A stretch of DNA of 57,016 bases from a virus (Duplodnaviria; Caudoviricetes): positions 1-57,016 of IMG/VR virus record IMGVR_UViG_3300033076_000232; one strand, 5' to 3'. The notes below the pieces were generated by a model. The model searched no databases. It was given only the letters and a program-made list of their open reading frames with translations, and had not been told where the DNA came from. Positions 19,361 to 28,526 of the stretch are shown in pieces. Both the position numbers and the translations under genes were made by a program. Numbering within the stretch: the first letter of the stretch is position 1; each line of letters begins with the position of its first letter.

Positions 19361-21448
19361 TCAAAAGCTCCCATTCTGTTCTAATTCACGTTGAATTGCG
19401 TCCTCAGTTCTCGTGACAACCTGTGACCAAGTCGGCTCATACAGAGGTGACTGTGTAACCTTTGGCGTCATAAAAGTCGTGTATCGTCCAGCTTTTCCAT
19501 GCACTTTGATGGCCTTGCTAGCATCTATTGTCCCTTGAGGCTGCAGCGCTTTGCGGATATATTGGGCCTTAGCTCTGCTGTCGTGGCCCCAACGCTCACA
19601 CAAAATTTGCAGCTGCGACGCCGTGAAAGCAGCCACACCTTCAAGGTGGTCATCCACCCAGTCTTTGAGCTCAAGGGCAAAAGCTTCAAGGGGGGTCTTG
19701 GACAGTTGGATCGCTGTCTCACGGTACTGAGTCTTTGGCGCAGCTTGCTTGGGGTCAAAGCCTGATATATCACGATTCATGTACCAGTTTAGCATGATGC
19801 CAAAGCCTTGCTGCTGCTTGGCCCACTTCATAAGAGCCACGACCTTGGGATGAGTCTCTTTGTTGGATAGACTGGCTGGGCTGTAGATAGCTTCACGCCT
19901 TGCGGTATCACCCATGTGTGTGACGTAGCTCTTATTAGTCGTGAATACGAAGTTAATGTAGTTAGTGATGGCGTACTGTGCGCCATACTTATTGTTGATG
20001 GTTAGCTCATTAGATGTGATGTAGTTCTTAAGCTTCGCCGAGTGGTCATCACGATCTGACGAGGGCTCATTCACGACTATGAAGATCTTACCCTTTAACA
20101 TACCGTTGAAGTTGCCGAATAGCTCATCAGGCCCGATGATAGCAGCAGGCCCGCCATCCCCAATGCCTAGCATCTCGGCTATGAACTCGGCGATAGCCGA
20201 TTTGCCGATGCCCTCGATGGAAGAAGCAAACTGCGGTGTGGTGTAGTTCCTTCTCCATGGGAATTGAACCACATTGGCCACCCAGTTATGCCAGTACTCA
20301 GCAAAAGCTGGCTCATCTCTGAAGAAGTATTCACAAAACTCAAGGTAAGGCTTAGGATCTCCCGGGACTGGCTCATTAGACCAATCCTTGAACAGGTTGT
20401 AGTGCCGTGTTGGGGTGATTGTAAGCCCTTGGTACTCGGGATACATGCCTACGCCATCTAGATCACACCTTCTGGCCCAGTCCTTATAGGCATCCAAGAT
20501 GTAGATGGTCTTGCTGCTGGTGCCACCGTTCGGTCTTTGCGTGACTTGGACAAAATAATCCTGTGCCGCGTCAATACGTGCCTTGTTCCAACTCAAAATC
20601 AAGCCATCTCGGAGCCGAATCACGTCGCCGTTAATGAGAGCGTACTGCGTTTTGAACTCATACAGCTTGGTCTCCAAGGTATCTATGCCATTCATCACCG
20701 TGCTGGTGCTTGTGAGCACCTGCGCCAAGTTGCCACCGGCTTGTAAATGATCATCAATGGCGTACTTATGGCCTTTTCCCGATCCAAAGCGTCCTACGCG
20801 GCAAAGGTGGACCTCAGCGCCAAGCCCTCGAAGCGTGACAGCAAGCTTTGTTTCGGCCATGCCGACCTGTTCATTGGGCTCACCATCTTCCCCAGCGCCG
20901 TCATAGTCAAAGACAATGTAGACTTTGCGGTGCTTCTCGGCAAAGCTGGTTTTGCGTTGCCAAATGATCTTCATCAGGTCTTTATGTAGGTGCAAGCCAG
21001 ACTTGTCTGACCAACTTGTGACTCCGGCCAAACCTAGGGCAGCGTAGTTAGTCTGATCAGCTTGGATCTGCTTGGTGATGGCCCAGGTTTTGAATTCCCC
21101 TTCGGTGATGATGATGGGGATATCTACATCCTGTGCAACTTGCTTCCATCCCACCGTTGGCGGGAAGTAGATGTGGCTTCCACTGGCTCGGGCCTGAGAA
21201 TACTTCATCTTGCCCTTCGGAGTCAGAATCCTGACCCGATTAAAGCCGGTTTCTTGGCCCTGCATATCAAAATACGGGATTCTGATACTCCACTCACGAG
21301 TGTGGCCTAGTAGTTGGTAACTTTCCTCTGGGTCAAGGAGCTGGAGGCCTAGGGCCTGTATGTCCGAGTCGGCAAATGCCCTTGCAGATAGGAAGTTAGT
21401 GTATAATTCGCTTGGCTGTGTTGTTAGTGCTTGGAAACCTGATGACAT
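19361..21448 (-). CDS. Primase-helicase (TOPRIM DUF3854-like + SF3/DUF5906-like helicase)
   Basis: IIITEGEFK, YIVFDYD and IDD TOPRIM motifs; Walker A EGIGKS; FVFTTN motif C. Confidence 0.85.
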   Translation of the reverse strand: MSSGFQALTTQPSELYTNFLSARAFADSDIQALGLQLLDPEESYQLLGHTREWSIRIPYFDMQGQETGFNRVRILTPKGKMKYSQARASGSHIYFPPTVGWKQVAQDVDIPIIITEGEFKTWAITKQIQADQTNYAALGLAGVTSWSDKSGLHLHKDLMKIIWQRKTSFAEKHRKVYIVFDYDGAGEDGEPNEQVGMAETKLAVTLRGLGAEVHLCRVGRFGSGKGHKYAIDDHLQAGGNLAQVLTSTSTVMNGIDTLETKLYEFKTQYALINGDVIRLRDGLILSWNKARIDAAQDYFVQVTQRPNGGTSSKTIYILDAYKDWARRCDLDGVGMYPEYQGLTITPTRHYNLFKDWSNEPVPGDPKPYLEFCEYFFRDEPAFAEYWHNWVANVVQFPWRRNYTTPQFASSIEGIGKSAIAEFIAEMLGIGDGGPAAIIGPDELFGNFNGMLKGKIFIVVNEPSSDRDDHSAKLKNYITSNELTINNKYGAQYAITNYINFVFTTNKSYVTHMGDTARREAIYSPASLSNKETHPKVVALMKWAKQQQGFGIMLNWYMNRDISGFDPKQAAPKTQYRETAIQLSKTPLEAFALELKDWVDDHLEGVAAFTASQLQILCERWGHDSRAKAQYIRKALQPQGTIDASKAIKVHGKAGRYTTFMTPKVTQSPLYEPTWSQVVTRTEDAIQRELEQNGSF

Positions 21449-21585
21449 GGTGCTTTTCTTTGCAGGAATGCTACTTTATAAGGATCTAGACTTACCTCTA
21501 GGTCCTTTTTCTTTGCCTTGATGAAGGCTATATTAGGCTGTGGGGTGCTCGGCCAATGGTGGCCATGTGTATTGTCAATAGTCAT
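21424..21585 (-). CDS. Possible 53-aa ORF upstream of the primase (below the ORF-track cutoff)
   Basis: MTIDNTHGHHWPSTPQPNIAF...SKH; GGATG upstream; overlaps the primase start. Confidence 0.3.
   Translation of the reverse strand: MTIDNTHGHHWPSTPQPNIAFIKAKKKDLEVSLDPYKVAFLQRKAPCHQVSKH
21481..21514 (+). terminator. Terminator-like hairpin on the + strand
   Basis: AGGATCTAGA-cttacc-TCTAGGTCCT followed by TTTTCTTT; contains a G-U pair only in the + orientation. Confidence 0.6.
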
Positions 21586-21828
21586 AATCATCCAATTTGT
21601 CAATGAAAATCTGCCCTTACGGCAGACGGTGGGGATAGGTACTATACATCAGCTGCGGGGCGGTAAAAAAGTATTTCTTTTCGGTCTTTTGAGTAACTGT
21701 TACCTCGAGAAACAAAAGTATACAGAAGCACTAACCGCTGCAGTTTTTGAATACTCAGGTTTTCAAAAATAAATGCAAAAAAGTTGAAAATATTTGCAAA
21801 AACCTGTGTTCAATCACGAGAATGGCTA

Positions 21829-21867
21829 TATAATTCACTTACAGCAACACACTTCAGATTGCTGTAA
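21829..21867 (+). promoter_or_regulatory. Early promoter -10 box plus 5' hairpin
   Basis: TATAATTCAC at 21829 after an A/T-rich upstream tract; TTACAGCAA/TTGCTGTAA inverted repeat at 21839-21867. Confidence 0.6.
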
Positions 21868-21897
21868 AACTTAACTGACTTTTGAAAGGTATTTATC

Positions 21898-22857
21898 ATG
21901 GCACACTTAATCGCAAACACAATCTCCGGCAAAGCAGCAATGGCCTACGTTGGTGAGACCCCATGGCATGGTCTTGGCCAGCAGTTGACCAAGGACTCCA
22001 CCATTGAAACCTGGGCCGAGGAATCTGGCCTTGACTTCCAATTGGCTACAGCCGATGTGCAGTTCACTCCTCCAGCCAGCGTGTGGAACGGCTTCAAGGC
22101 TCAGGCCCTACCTTATGACGGCAAGAAAGTTATGTACCGCACCGACAGCAACATGCCTTTAGGCTTGGTGTCTAGTCAGTACAAGATTGTGCAGCCCATC
22201 GAGGTGTTGGAATTCTTCCGCGACATGGTCGGCAGTATTGCCCACCTCGAAACAGCCGGCGTCCTGCGTAATGGCGCGCATTACTGGGCCCTCGCCAAGA
22301 TGGATGGCGAGTTCAACATTGCAGGCGACAAGGTTAATCAATATCTCTTATTGGCCAGCTCCGCTGATGGCTCTCTGGCCACTCAGGCCCGCCTGACCAG
22401 CGTCCGCGTTGTATGCAATAACACTTTGCAGCTTGCACAGCGCGGCAAGGCCAACGTAAGTGTTCGTCATAACTCTATCTTCAAGCCCGAAGCCATCAAG
22501 GCTGAGTTGGCCAACAGCAACGAGGCCTTCAAAACCTTCGAGCAAACTGCCAAGGCTTTGGCATCTATCAAACTCGGTTCCGCCAAGGCTCAGAGCATCT
22601 TCACATCTATCCTCGGCGGTGATGAAAAGAACCCCTCACGTGCTGCAGCACGAGCCTTGGCTCTTTTTGAAGGTGCAGGCATCGGCGCTGAGTTGGAATC
22701 TGCCAAAGGTACAGCATGGGGCGCTTTGAATGCCGTGACTCAGCTGATGGATTGGGAAACAGCCCGCACCGGCGATGCTCGCTTGGCCAATGCTTGGTTC
22801 GGCGGCGGTGTTAATGTCAAGCAGCAAGCCGTTGAGGCCTTGTTGGCCTTGGCGTAA
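21898..22857 (+). CDS. DUF932 / phage-plasmid-like protein (TIGR03299 type)
   Basis: MAYVGETPWHGLG, ETAG.L..G, VRVVCNNTL, GTAWGALNAVT motifs. Confidence 0.88.
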   Translation: MAHLIANTISGKAAMAYVGETPWHGLGQQLTKDSTIETWAEESGLDFQLATADVQFTPPASVWNGFKAQALPYDGKKVMYRTDSNMPLGLVSSQYKIVQPIEVLEFFRDMVGSIAHLETAGVLRNGAHYWALAKMDGEFNIAGDKVNQYLLLASSADGSLATQARLTSVRVVCNNTLQLAQRGKANVSVRHNSIFKPEAIKAELANSNEAFKTFEQTAKALASIKLGSAKAQSIFTSILGGDEKNPSRAAARALALFEGAGIGAELESAKGTAWGALNAVTQLMDWETARTGDARLANAWFGGGVNVKQQAVEALLALA

Positions 22858-22858
22858 T

Positions 22859-22895
22859 AAATTTGTGGGGGTACCTAGTACGGCCCCCAAAATTT
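22859..22895. promoter_or_regulatory. Intergenic inverted repeat (terminator, processing site or operator)
   Basis: AAATTTGTGGGGG...CCCCCAAAATTT with inner GTAC-cta-GTAC; TACAAT follows. Confidence 0.45.
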
Positions 22896-22959
22896 GTTGT
22901 ACAATTTAATCTCACGTTACTAGTCCACTTGTGTTTTTGATTTTTGAAAGGTATTGCAT

Positions 22960-23472
22960 ATGAACATCTTCTATCTTCACCACCTGCCTTCTATCGCAGC
23001 TGTTATGCACTGCGACAAGCATGTCGGCAAAATGCTTATCGAATCCTGCCAGCTGCTTGCAACTGCGCATCACCACTACGGCAATGGCGACAAAGTATCC
23101 TACCGCGCCACCCATGCCAATCATCCTTCCGCCGTCTGGGTTCGTCAGTCACGGTTGCATTACAACTGGGTCAGCGACCTTGCACGTTTCCTCGGCCGCG
23201 AATTTAAGTACCGCTATGGCCATGGCCACAAAAGCAATGATGTACTACATGCCGAGTTGTTAGTGTGCCCTCCTGCCATGTTGGCCTTGCCTACAAAGTT
23301 TGTTCCACCTACCTTGGCAATGCCTGACGAATACAAAAGCGACGACCACGTCGAGTCCTACCGTCGTTATTATGCAAGCAAAGCAGCTACCATGCCGCTT
23401 GTGTACAACAAAGGCAAAGACCCGCAGCCCCTCTGGCTCCGCGACTTGCTCGCCGAAGTGGAGGCCGTATGA
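22960..23472 (+). CDS. Pyrimidine-dimer DNA glycosylase-like protein (endonuclease V / Pyr_excise family)
   Basis: MNIFYL...HCDKHV.KM..E..QLL, H.NHP..VW.R, AMPDEYK...SYR.YY motifs. Confidence 0.75.
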   Translation: MNIFYLHHLPSIAAVMHCDKHVGKMLIESCQLLATAHHHYGNGDKVSYRATHANHPSAVWVRQSRLHYNWVSDLARFLGREFKYRYGHGHKSNDVLHAELLVCPPAMLALPTKFVPPTLAMPDEYKSDDHVESYRRYYASKAATMPLVYNKGKDPQPLWLRDLLAEVEAV

Positions 23473-23687
23473 CACAGTACATCAAAATCCCAGTGACTGA
23501 GTTTGCTGAGGCCTTACATAGTATTGAAGATTTGCTGTTTAATACAGCACCTACTGACAAGGCTGGCTTTCAGGCTTGGAAAGAACAAGTTGAAATGCGT
23601 TGCAACGCAGCTCGAGCAATTGGCGTATTGCAAGCCTACTGCTATTCACATTCATCGTACAAGGCAGGTAAACAAAATGCAAACTGA
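23469..23687 (+). CDS. Hypothetical protein
   Basis: GGAGG RBS; ATGA overlap with the upstream gene. Confidence 0.65.
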   Translation: MTQYIKIPVTEFAEALHSIEDLLFNTAPTDKAGFQAWKEQVEMRCNAARAIGVLQAYCYSHSSYKAGKQNAN

Positions 23688-23931
23688 ACATGACTACATC
23701 TTGGATCACATGGGCCTTGACAATTGGCAAGAAGAATGGGGCGATGGCGATATACTTCGCAACATTGTTGTTGAGTATACTGTCGCTCGCGATGCTACTC
23801 ACAATGAGCCGGCCGAATTTGATTTTTGCGTTACCTTGGATGGCGTAGACGTTACCGATACGCTCAATGGCGCAAACAGAGAAGCATTTGAATCACTGAT
23901 GCGCAAAGAATACTATGACCGCAAATACTAA
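23677..23931 (+). CDS. Acidic hypothetical protein
   Basis: ATG at 23677 after AGGT; fills the operon gap. Confidence 0.6.
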   Translation: MQTEHDYILDHMGLDNWQEEWGDGDILRNIVVEYTVARDATHNEPAEFDFCVTLDGVDVTDTLNGANREAFESLMRKEYYDRKY

Positions 23932-24352
23932 TCACACCATGCAAATGACCAACTCAGAAAAAGTATTGGCATTCCGTCGCAAGATGGGCCTGCCCTTATC
24001 AAACACACCAACCTTGCTCACACCCGAGCAATCCAGTTACTTTGCTCGCTTCATCATGGAAGAGCTTAGTGAGTACCTTCGTGCTTGTGAGGAGAATAGC
24101 CTTGTTGACGCTGCCGATGCTTTGGTTGATCTTTGCTACGTCACAATGGGCTGTGCACATGCTATGGGCTTACCTTTTGATCAGCTTTTTAATGTGGTGC
24201 ATGAGGCCAACATGAACAAAGAGCCCGCCAATGACTACATCAGGTCGGTGCGCGGCTCTCAGTACGACGTTGTCAAGCCTATTGGTTGGCAAGCCCCCGA
24301 GGCCATGATGTTGGCCATCATTCAAACCGAGCAACAGAAAGCAAAGCCATGA
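23915..24352 (+). CDS. MazG-like / PRA-PH-like nucleotide pyrophosphohydrolase
   Basis: EELSE...DALVDLCYV...VHEANMNK...VKP.GW.AP motif set. Confidence 0.82.
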   Translation: MTANTNHTMQMTNSEKVLAFRRKMGLPLSNTPTLLTPEQSSYFARFIMEELSEYLRACEENSLVDAADALVDLCYVTMGCAHAMGLPFDQLFNVVHEANMNKEPANDYIRSVRGSQYDVVKPIGWQAPEAMMLAIIQTEQQKAKP

Positions 24353-24714
24353 ACATCAAAGAATTGATTGATGCGTATGTCGCAACCAAGAACGAGCGTG
24401 AGGAACTATCCGCTCAGGTCAAAGAAAAAACAGAAAAGCTGGGTCGCTTAGAAAGTGACATCATGGCCCTTATGTCGGATGCAGGCATTAGCCAAGCGGC
24501 CTCTGATAAAGCATCATGCACTATGCGCATGAGCAAGCACCCTGCTATTAATGATTGGAATCAGTTTTACGGCTACGTTGCCGAGACTGGTCAATTTGAA
24601 TTGCTGCATAAGCGGCTTTCCTCAACAGCCTTCCGTGAGCGGTGGGAAGCTGGTGAGGTCATCCCCGGAACCTCAGCCTCTGAGGTCTGGGAACTTACCG
24701 TTCGTCGTAAATAA
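24349..24714 (+). CDS. Conserved phage replication-module protein
   Basis: Coiled coil followed by DW.QFY.YV...FELL.KRLS....ERW..G..IPG. Confidence 0.7.
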   Translation: MNIKELIDAYVATKNEREELSAQVKEKTEKLGRLESDIMALMSDAGISQAASDKASCTMRMSKHPAINDWNQFYGYVAETGQFELLHKRLSSTAFRERWEAGEVIPGTSASEVWELTVRRK

Positions 24715-24738
24715 CCATCTTGTTAACTAAGGATCCTT

Positions 24739-25482
24739 ATGTCTAAAAATCAAATTGCATTGTTCGAAGATCAACTGGCCGCAATGGCCATTGAGTCAGT
24801 CAAGGCCGAGCAGAGTAGCCTCGCCACAGCATTTCTTTCCACCAAGGGGGGTAACCTCACATACCGTGGTGATGTGATCACTGGCAACAAGCTCCCCTGC
24901 GTCGTGTTGGCAGCTCCCATTGAGCGTCTGTACTACAGCAGCCGTTATGATCCCACCAAGGTAACCGGCCCTGATTGCTTTGCAATTAGCGCCACCGCTA
25001 CCGGCATGGCACCTTCGGCTGCGTCGCCTCAGGCTCAGCACTCAACCTGCGAAGGCTGTCCTAAGAATGAGTGGGGCTCTGCGCCAAATGGTGGCAAGGG
25101 CAAAGCTTGCCGTGAGACACGCCGCTTGTTGCTGATCCCAGCAGATAGCATTGGCACTGCCGACGCTGTCAAGACGGCTGAGGTTGCTGCACTGCGCCCT
25201 CCCGTTACCAGCCTTAAGAACTACGCAACCTATGCACAAACACTGGCCGCAACACTGAAGCGTCCTCCCCTTGGCGTAATCAGTGAAGTTGCCGTGGTGC
25301 CCGATGCCAAGACTCAGTTCAAGGTTGTGTTCAACATGGTCAAGGCCATTGAAGATACAGCGGTGATTGGCGCTTTGATCGAACGTGCTAAGACTGAAAC
25401 CCAAAAGGCTATTGAGTCTGCTGGCGCAATCAACGAAGAAGCTGAAGCAGCACCTGCTGTGGATGGCAATCCAAAATACTAA
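24739..25482 (+). CDS. Putative ssDNA-binding/annealing protein with Cys motifs
   Basis: YY...YDP...PDCF...C..CP.NEWGS...GKAC...RRL; acidic C-terminal tail; directly upstream of the polymerase. Confidence 0.55.
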   Translation: MSKNQIALFEDQLAAMAIESVKAEQSSLATAFLSTKGGNLTYRGDVITGNKLPCVVLAAPIERLYYSSRYDPTKVTGPDCFAISATATGMAPSAASPQAQHSTCEGCPKNEWGSAPNGGKGKACRETRRLLLIPADSIGTADAVKTAEVAALRPPVTSLKNYATYAQTLAATLKRPPLGVISEVAVVPDAKTQFKVVFNMVKAIEDTAVIGALIERAKTETQKAIESAGAINEEAEAAPAVDGNPKY

Positions 25483-25571
25483 GGAATACGGGGGCGGGTA
25501 ACCCGGCAACCAAGGTGGTCATGGAACTGAATCTGTAAGCCAGCATCCCATGCCCCGTCCCCACCTACATT

Positions 25572-27392
25572 ATGAAACCTGTTTTTCTTGATTTTGAAAC
25601 CATGGCTATTGGCCCAAGGCCGGATTATCCTCCGGTTCCAGTTGGCTTGGCCGTCTACGACCCTGAAGGTGAATACCCTGATGGCTACCACGCCTTTGGC
25701 CACGCCTTAGGCAACAACACCACACGCGAAGCCGTCAAGGCCATGATGGAGTTAATCTATGATAGCGGACGCGATATCTGCTTTCACAACGCTATGTTTG
25801 ACCTTGATGTTGCTGAGACTCATTTGGATGTACCCATCCCTCAGGACACTACGCGTGTGCATGATACTCTTATACTTGCTTTTCTCCATGATCCTCATGT
25901 GCAATCTTTGTCTTTGAAAGACTTGGTTGTTACGTGGAGCTTGGACACCCCTAGTGAAAGGGATGAGCTGAAGGAGTGGATCATTGCCAATGTTGAGGAG
26001 GCAAGGCGCAAAAAATCTACATGGGGTGCTTACATCTCCCGCGGCCCCGTGGAATTGGTAGGCAAGTACGCCGCAGCTGACGTGCGGCTTACCAGCAAGC
26101 TTTATGAATATCTCATCGAGCAGGTTTTACCCGCGCAGCAAGAGGCTTACCACCGTGAGGTGGCTTTGATTCCAATGTTGCTTGAAAACTCGCGGTTAGG
26201 CGTAAGGGTTGATCGTGTTGGTTTGCAAAAAGCAAAAGAGCAAGCAATAGTAGATATTGAAAAGTGTAATGTTTGGGTTCGTTCATTGTTAGGTTCTCCT
26301 GAATTGAATCTTGACAGCGACAGAGAGCTGGTCAATAGTATTTATCCCACGGAATACTGGTTGAAAGATAATGGGTGGCCTACCACGGATAAGGGGCAGC
26401 CTAAGGCCGACAAAGAAACGTTTGAAGAACTAATCACACACGCGGAGTTAAAAGATGTCCTCAGATATAGAGCCAACCTATCAACATGTTTGTCAACTTT
26501 CATTGAGCCCTGGTTACAAGCTTCTGCATCTACAGGTCGAATCTACACAAACTGGAACAGTGTACGAGGTGAACGTGGGGGTACACGAACCGGCCGACTC
26601 TCCTCAACACCCAACTTTCAAAATGCGCCTATCCGTTATCCGAAAGTTACCCTCCCCGCTACTTTGGAAGTTGCACCCCTCCCGCTCATCCGAAGCTTCA
26701 TCCTAGCTGATGAAGGCCACAAGTTGGTGGCATGTGACTTTAACGCTCAAGAGCTGCGAATCTTTGCTCACTTTGAAGGCGGCGGTTTGATGCGGCAATA
26801 CCAAGCCGATGCTCGTGCCGATCTGCATACCTACGCTGCCAAGATGATGACTGAGGCCAGTGGCCGTGAAGTGTCAAGGACTTACTCCAAAGGCGTATCA
26901 TTTGCTATTCTCTATGGCGCTGGCCCTAAGAAAATCAGTGAAATGCTTGAGGTGGATTATGAAATGGCAAAGACATTGATGGATGCATATACCACAGCGG
27001 TGGCTCCGGGCCTCAAGACGATGCAGACCACCATGCGGACAAGGTATAAATTAGGCCAACCGCTTAAAACCATTGGCGGGCGTCTAATCAAAATGGAACC
27101 GCCTAAGATCATCAATGGCCGGCTGCGTGAATTCGATTACAAAGGGGTTAACCTTTTGATTCAAGGCTCCGCGGCTGATCAGGCCAAGGCCGCCATGCTG
27201 TTGTACCAAAGCAAACGTCAAGGCAGTAGGCTTTTGCTTAGTGTTCATGATGAGTTGGTTATCTCAGCTCCTGAAGAGCATGTTGAACGTGAGGCTGAAT
27301 GCCTTACATGGTCTATGTGCAACGCACTGCAAATGGATGTGCCCATGGTCAGTGACTACAAAATTGGCAATACGTATCAGGAGGTCAAATGA
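25572..27392 (+). CDS. DNA polymerase family A with 3'-5' exonuclease
   Basis: Exo I DFET, Exo II HNAMFD, Exo III YAAAD; TGRLSS..PNFQN; motif A DFNAQELR, motif B RTYSKGVSFAILYG, motif C VHDE. Confidence 0.95.
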   Translation: MKPVFLDFETMAIGPRPDYPPVPVGLAVYDPEGEYPDGYHAFGHALGNNTTREAVKAMMELIYDSGRDICFHNAMFDLDVAETHLDVPIPQDTTRVHDTLILAFLHDPHVQSLSLKDLVVTWSLDTPSERDELKEWIIANVEEARRKKSTWGAYISRGPVELVGKYAAADVRLTSKLYEYLIEQVLPAQQEAYHREVALIPMLLENSRLGVRVDRVGLQKAKEQAIVDIEKCNVWVRSLLGSPELNLDSDRELVNSIYPTEYWLKDNGWPTTDKGQPKADKETFEELITHAELKDVLRYRANLSTCLSTFIEPWLQASASTGRIYTNWNSVRGERGGTRTGRLSSTPNFQNAPIRYPKVTLPATLEVAPLPLIRSFILADEGHKLVACDFNAQELRIFAHFEGGGLMRQYQADARADLHTYAAKMMTEASGREVSRTYSKGVSFAILYGAGPKKISEMLEVDYEMAKTLMDAYTTAVAPGLKTMQTTMRTRYKLGQPLKTIGGRLIKMEPPKIINGRLREFDYKGVNLLIQGSAADQAKAAMLLYQSKRQGSRLLLSVHDELVISAPEEHVEREAECLTWSMCNALQMDVPMVSDYKIGNTYQEVK

Positions 27393-27481
27393 TGACACGC
27401 TGGGAAAAGCTTGAAAGAGTTGTGTTCTTATTAGGGCTCATTGTTGTGCTGATGGATCTTTACGTATGGAGGCCGCTATGA
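27389..27481 (+). CDS. 30-aa single-TM membrane protein (not in the ORF track)
   Basis: MMTRWEKLERVVFLLGLIVVLMDLYVWRPL; GGAGG RBS; ATGA overlaps at both ends. Confidence 0.6.
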   Translation: MMTRWEKLERVVFLLGLIVVLMDLYVWRPL

Positions 27482-27891
27482 ACAGAGAAGACATTATTCG
27501 CATGGCACGAGAGGCGGGATTGGTTCTCTGGGAGGCTACGGCATACGCAAATGAACTTAAACGCTTTGCCGCCCTTGTCGCTTCTGCCGAGCGTGAGCGA
27601 TTAACTGATGCGGCAATGAAAGCCGCTGAAAAGGCGGTCGATGTGGCTATTGCGCTAGAGCGTGAGGCGTGTGCAAAGGTGTGTGAAGACCTAGTCCCAA
27701 CATACCTTAAAGACGGTGAGCGTTGGTTGAAGGGTAGAAACGGAAAGCCAGACAGCCGATTAAAAGACCTTGCTCCAAATTTGGAAGCGGCATGGGAAGC
27801 CGAGCAATTACTCAAGCATGGGAGTGTTGTTCAGAAAATAACGGATGCGCACATATGTGCCAATGCCATCCGAGCAAGGGGACAAGCATGA
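27478..27891 (+). CDS. Hypothetical accessory protein (EREACAK family)
   Basis: MNREDIIRMAREAG...EREACAKVC...CANAIRARG mosaic motifs. Confidence 0.7.
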   Translation: MNREDIIRMAREAGLVLWEATAYANELKRFAALVASAERERLTDAAMKAAEKAVDVAIALEREACAKVCEDLVPTYLKDGERWLKGRNGKPDSRLKDLAPNLEAAWEAEQLLKHGSVVQKITDAHICANAIRARGQA

Positions 27892-28526
27892 CTAAAGACG
27901 AAGCATTGAAGAAGGCATTTAAACAAGCATTTCAACTTGGTCAAGACTATTGGTATCAAGCAGACCACGAGTTTGAAAGTCAGAATAAAAAATCTGATGT
28001 GACTAGAGCAAAGTTTGAGCAACTAATGGAAGATGCAGTCAAAGAAGCCTTGGCACAGCCAAAGCAGGAGCCTGTAACATTGTCAGAAGGTAAAAAGTTA
28101 ATTTTGGTTGATAGTTCTTTTGATGATTTGATGTATTGGCTAGAGCGTTGCGAAAGTAAAGGACATCTAGAAAATTGCTCTGACTTGATTGAGCCTTGGG
28201 AAAAGTTCTGTGATTCATATTGTGTTTGGACTGACCATCATCCTGATTGCAAGTTGGCAGAGCAGGAGCCTGTGGCGACTGATTGGGAACGTATTGCCCG
28301 TGTTCAGGACGCAAAACTCAGAGCCATGTGCAATGAAGCAGGGGGTTTTGAAAAGTTGTGCGAGGTTATGGATAAGTATGAGCGCACCACCCCACCACAG
28401 CGCAAGCCGCTGACGGATGATGAGATTATTTTGATTGTGGCTGACTGTGCGTCTTCTCATCAGCACACGGACATTCACTTTGCCAGAGCCATTGAACGCG
28501 CACACGGCATTAAGGAGTTGGTATGA
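27888..28526 (+). CDS. Mosaic accessory protein (ALAQPEQEPVA family)
   Basis: ATG at 27888; MTKDEAL, QEPV, PPQRKPLTDDEI and FARAIE modules. Confidence 0.7.
   Translation: MTKDEALKKAFKQAFQLGQDYWYQADHEFESQNKKSDVTRAKFEQLMEDAVKEALAQPKQEPVTLSEGKKLILVDSSFDDLMYWLERCESKGHLENCSDLIEPWEKFCDSYCVWTDHHPDCKLAEQEPVATDWERIARVQDAKLRAMCNEAGGFEKLCEVMDKYERTTPPQRKPLTDDEIILIVADCASSHQHTDIHFARAIERAHGIKELV

Noticed and set aside
21518-21772. 84-aa + strand ORF in the divergent intergenic region
   Set aside because: TTG start right after a terminator, no RBS and no recognisable motif; likely spurious
25483-25571. tRNA or hammerhead ribozyme
   Set aside because: No GTTCRA T-loop or cloverleaf, and no CUGANGA/GAAA core
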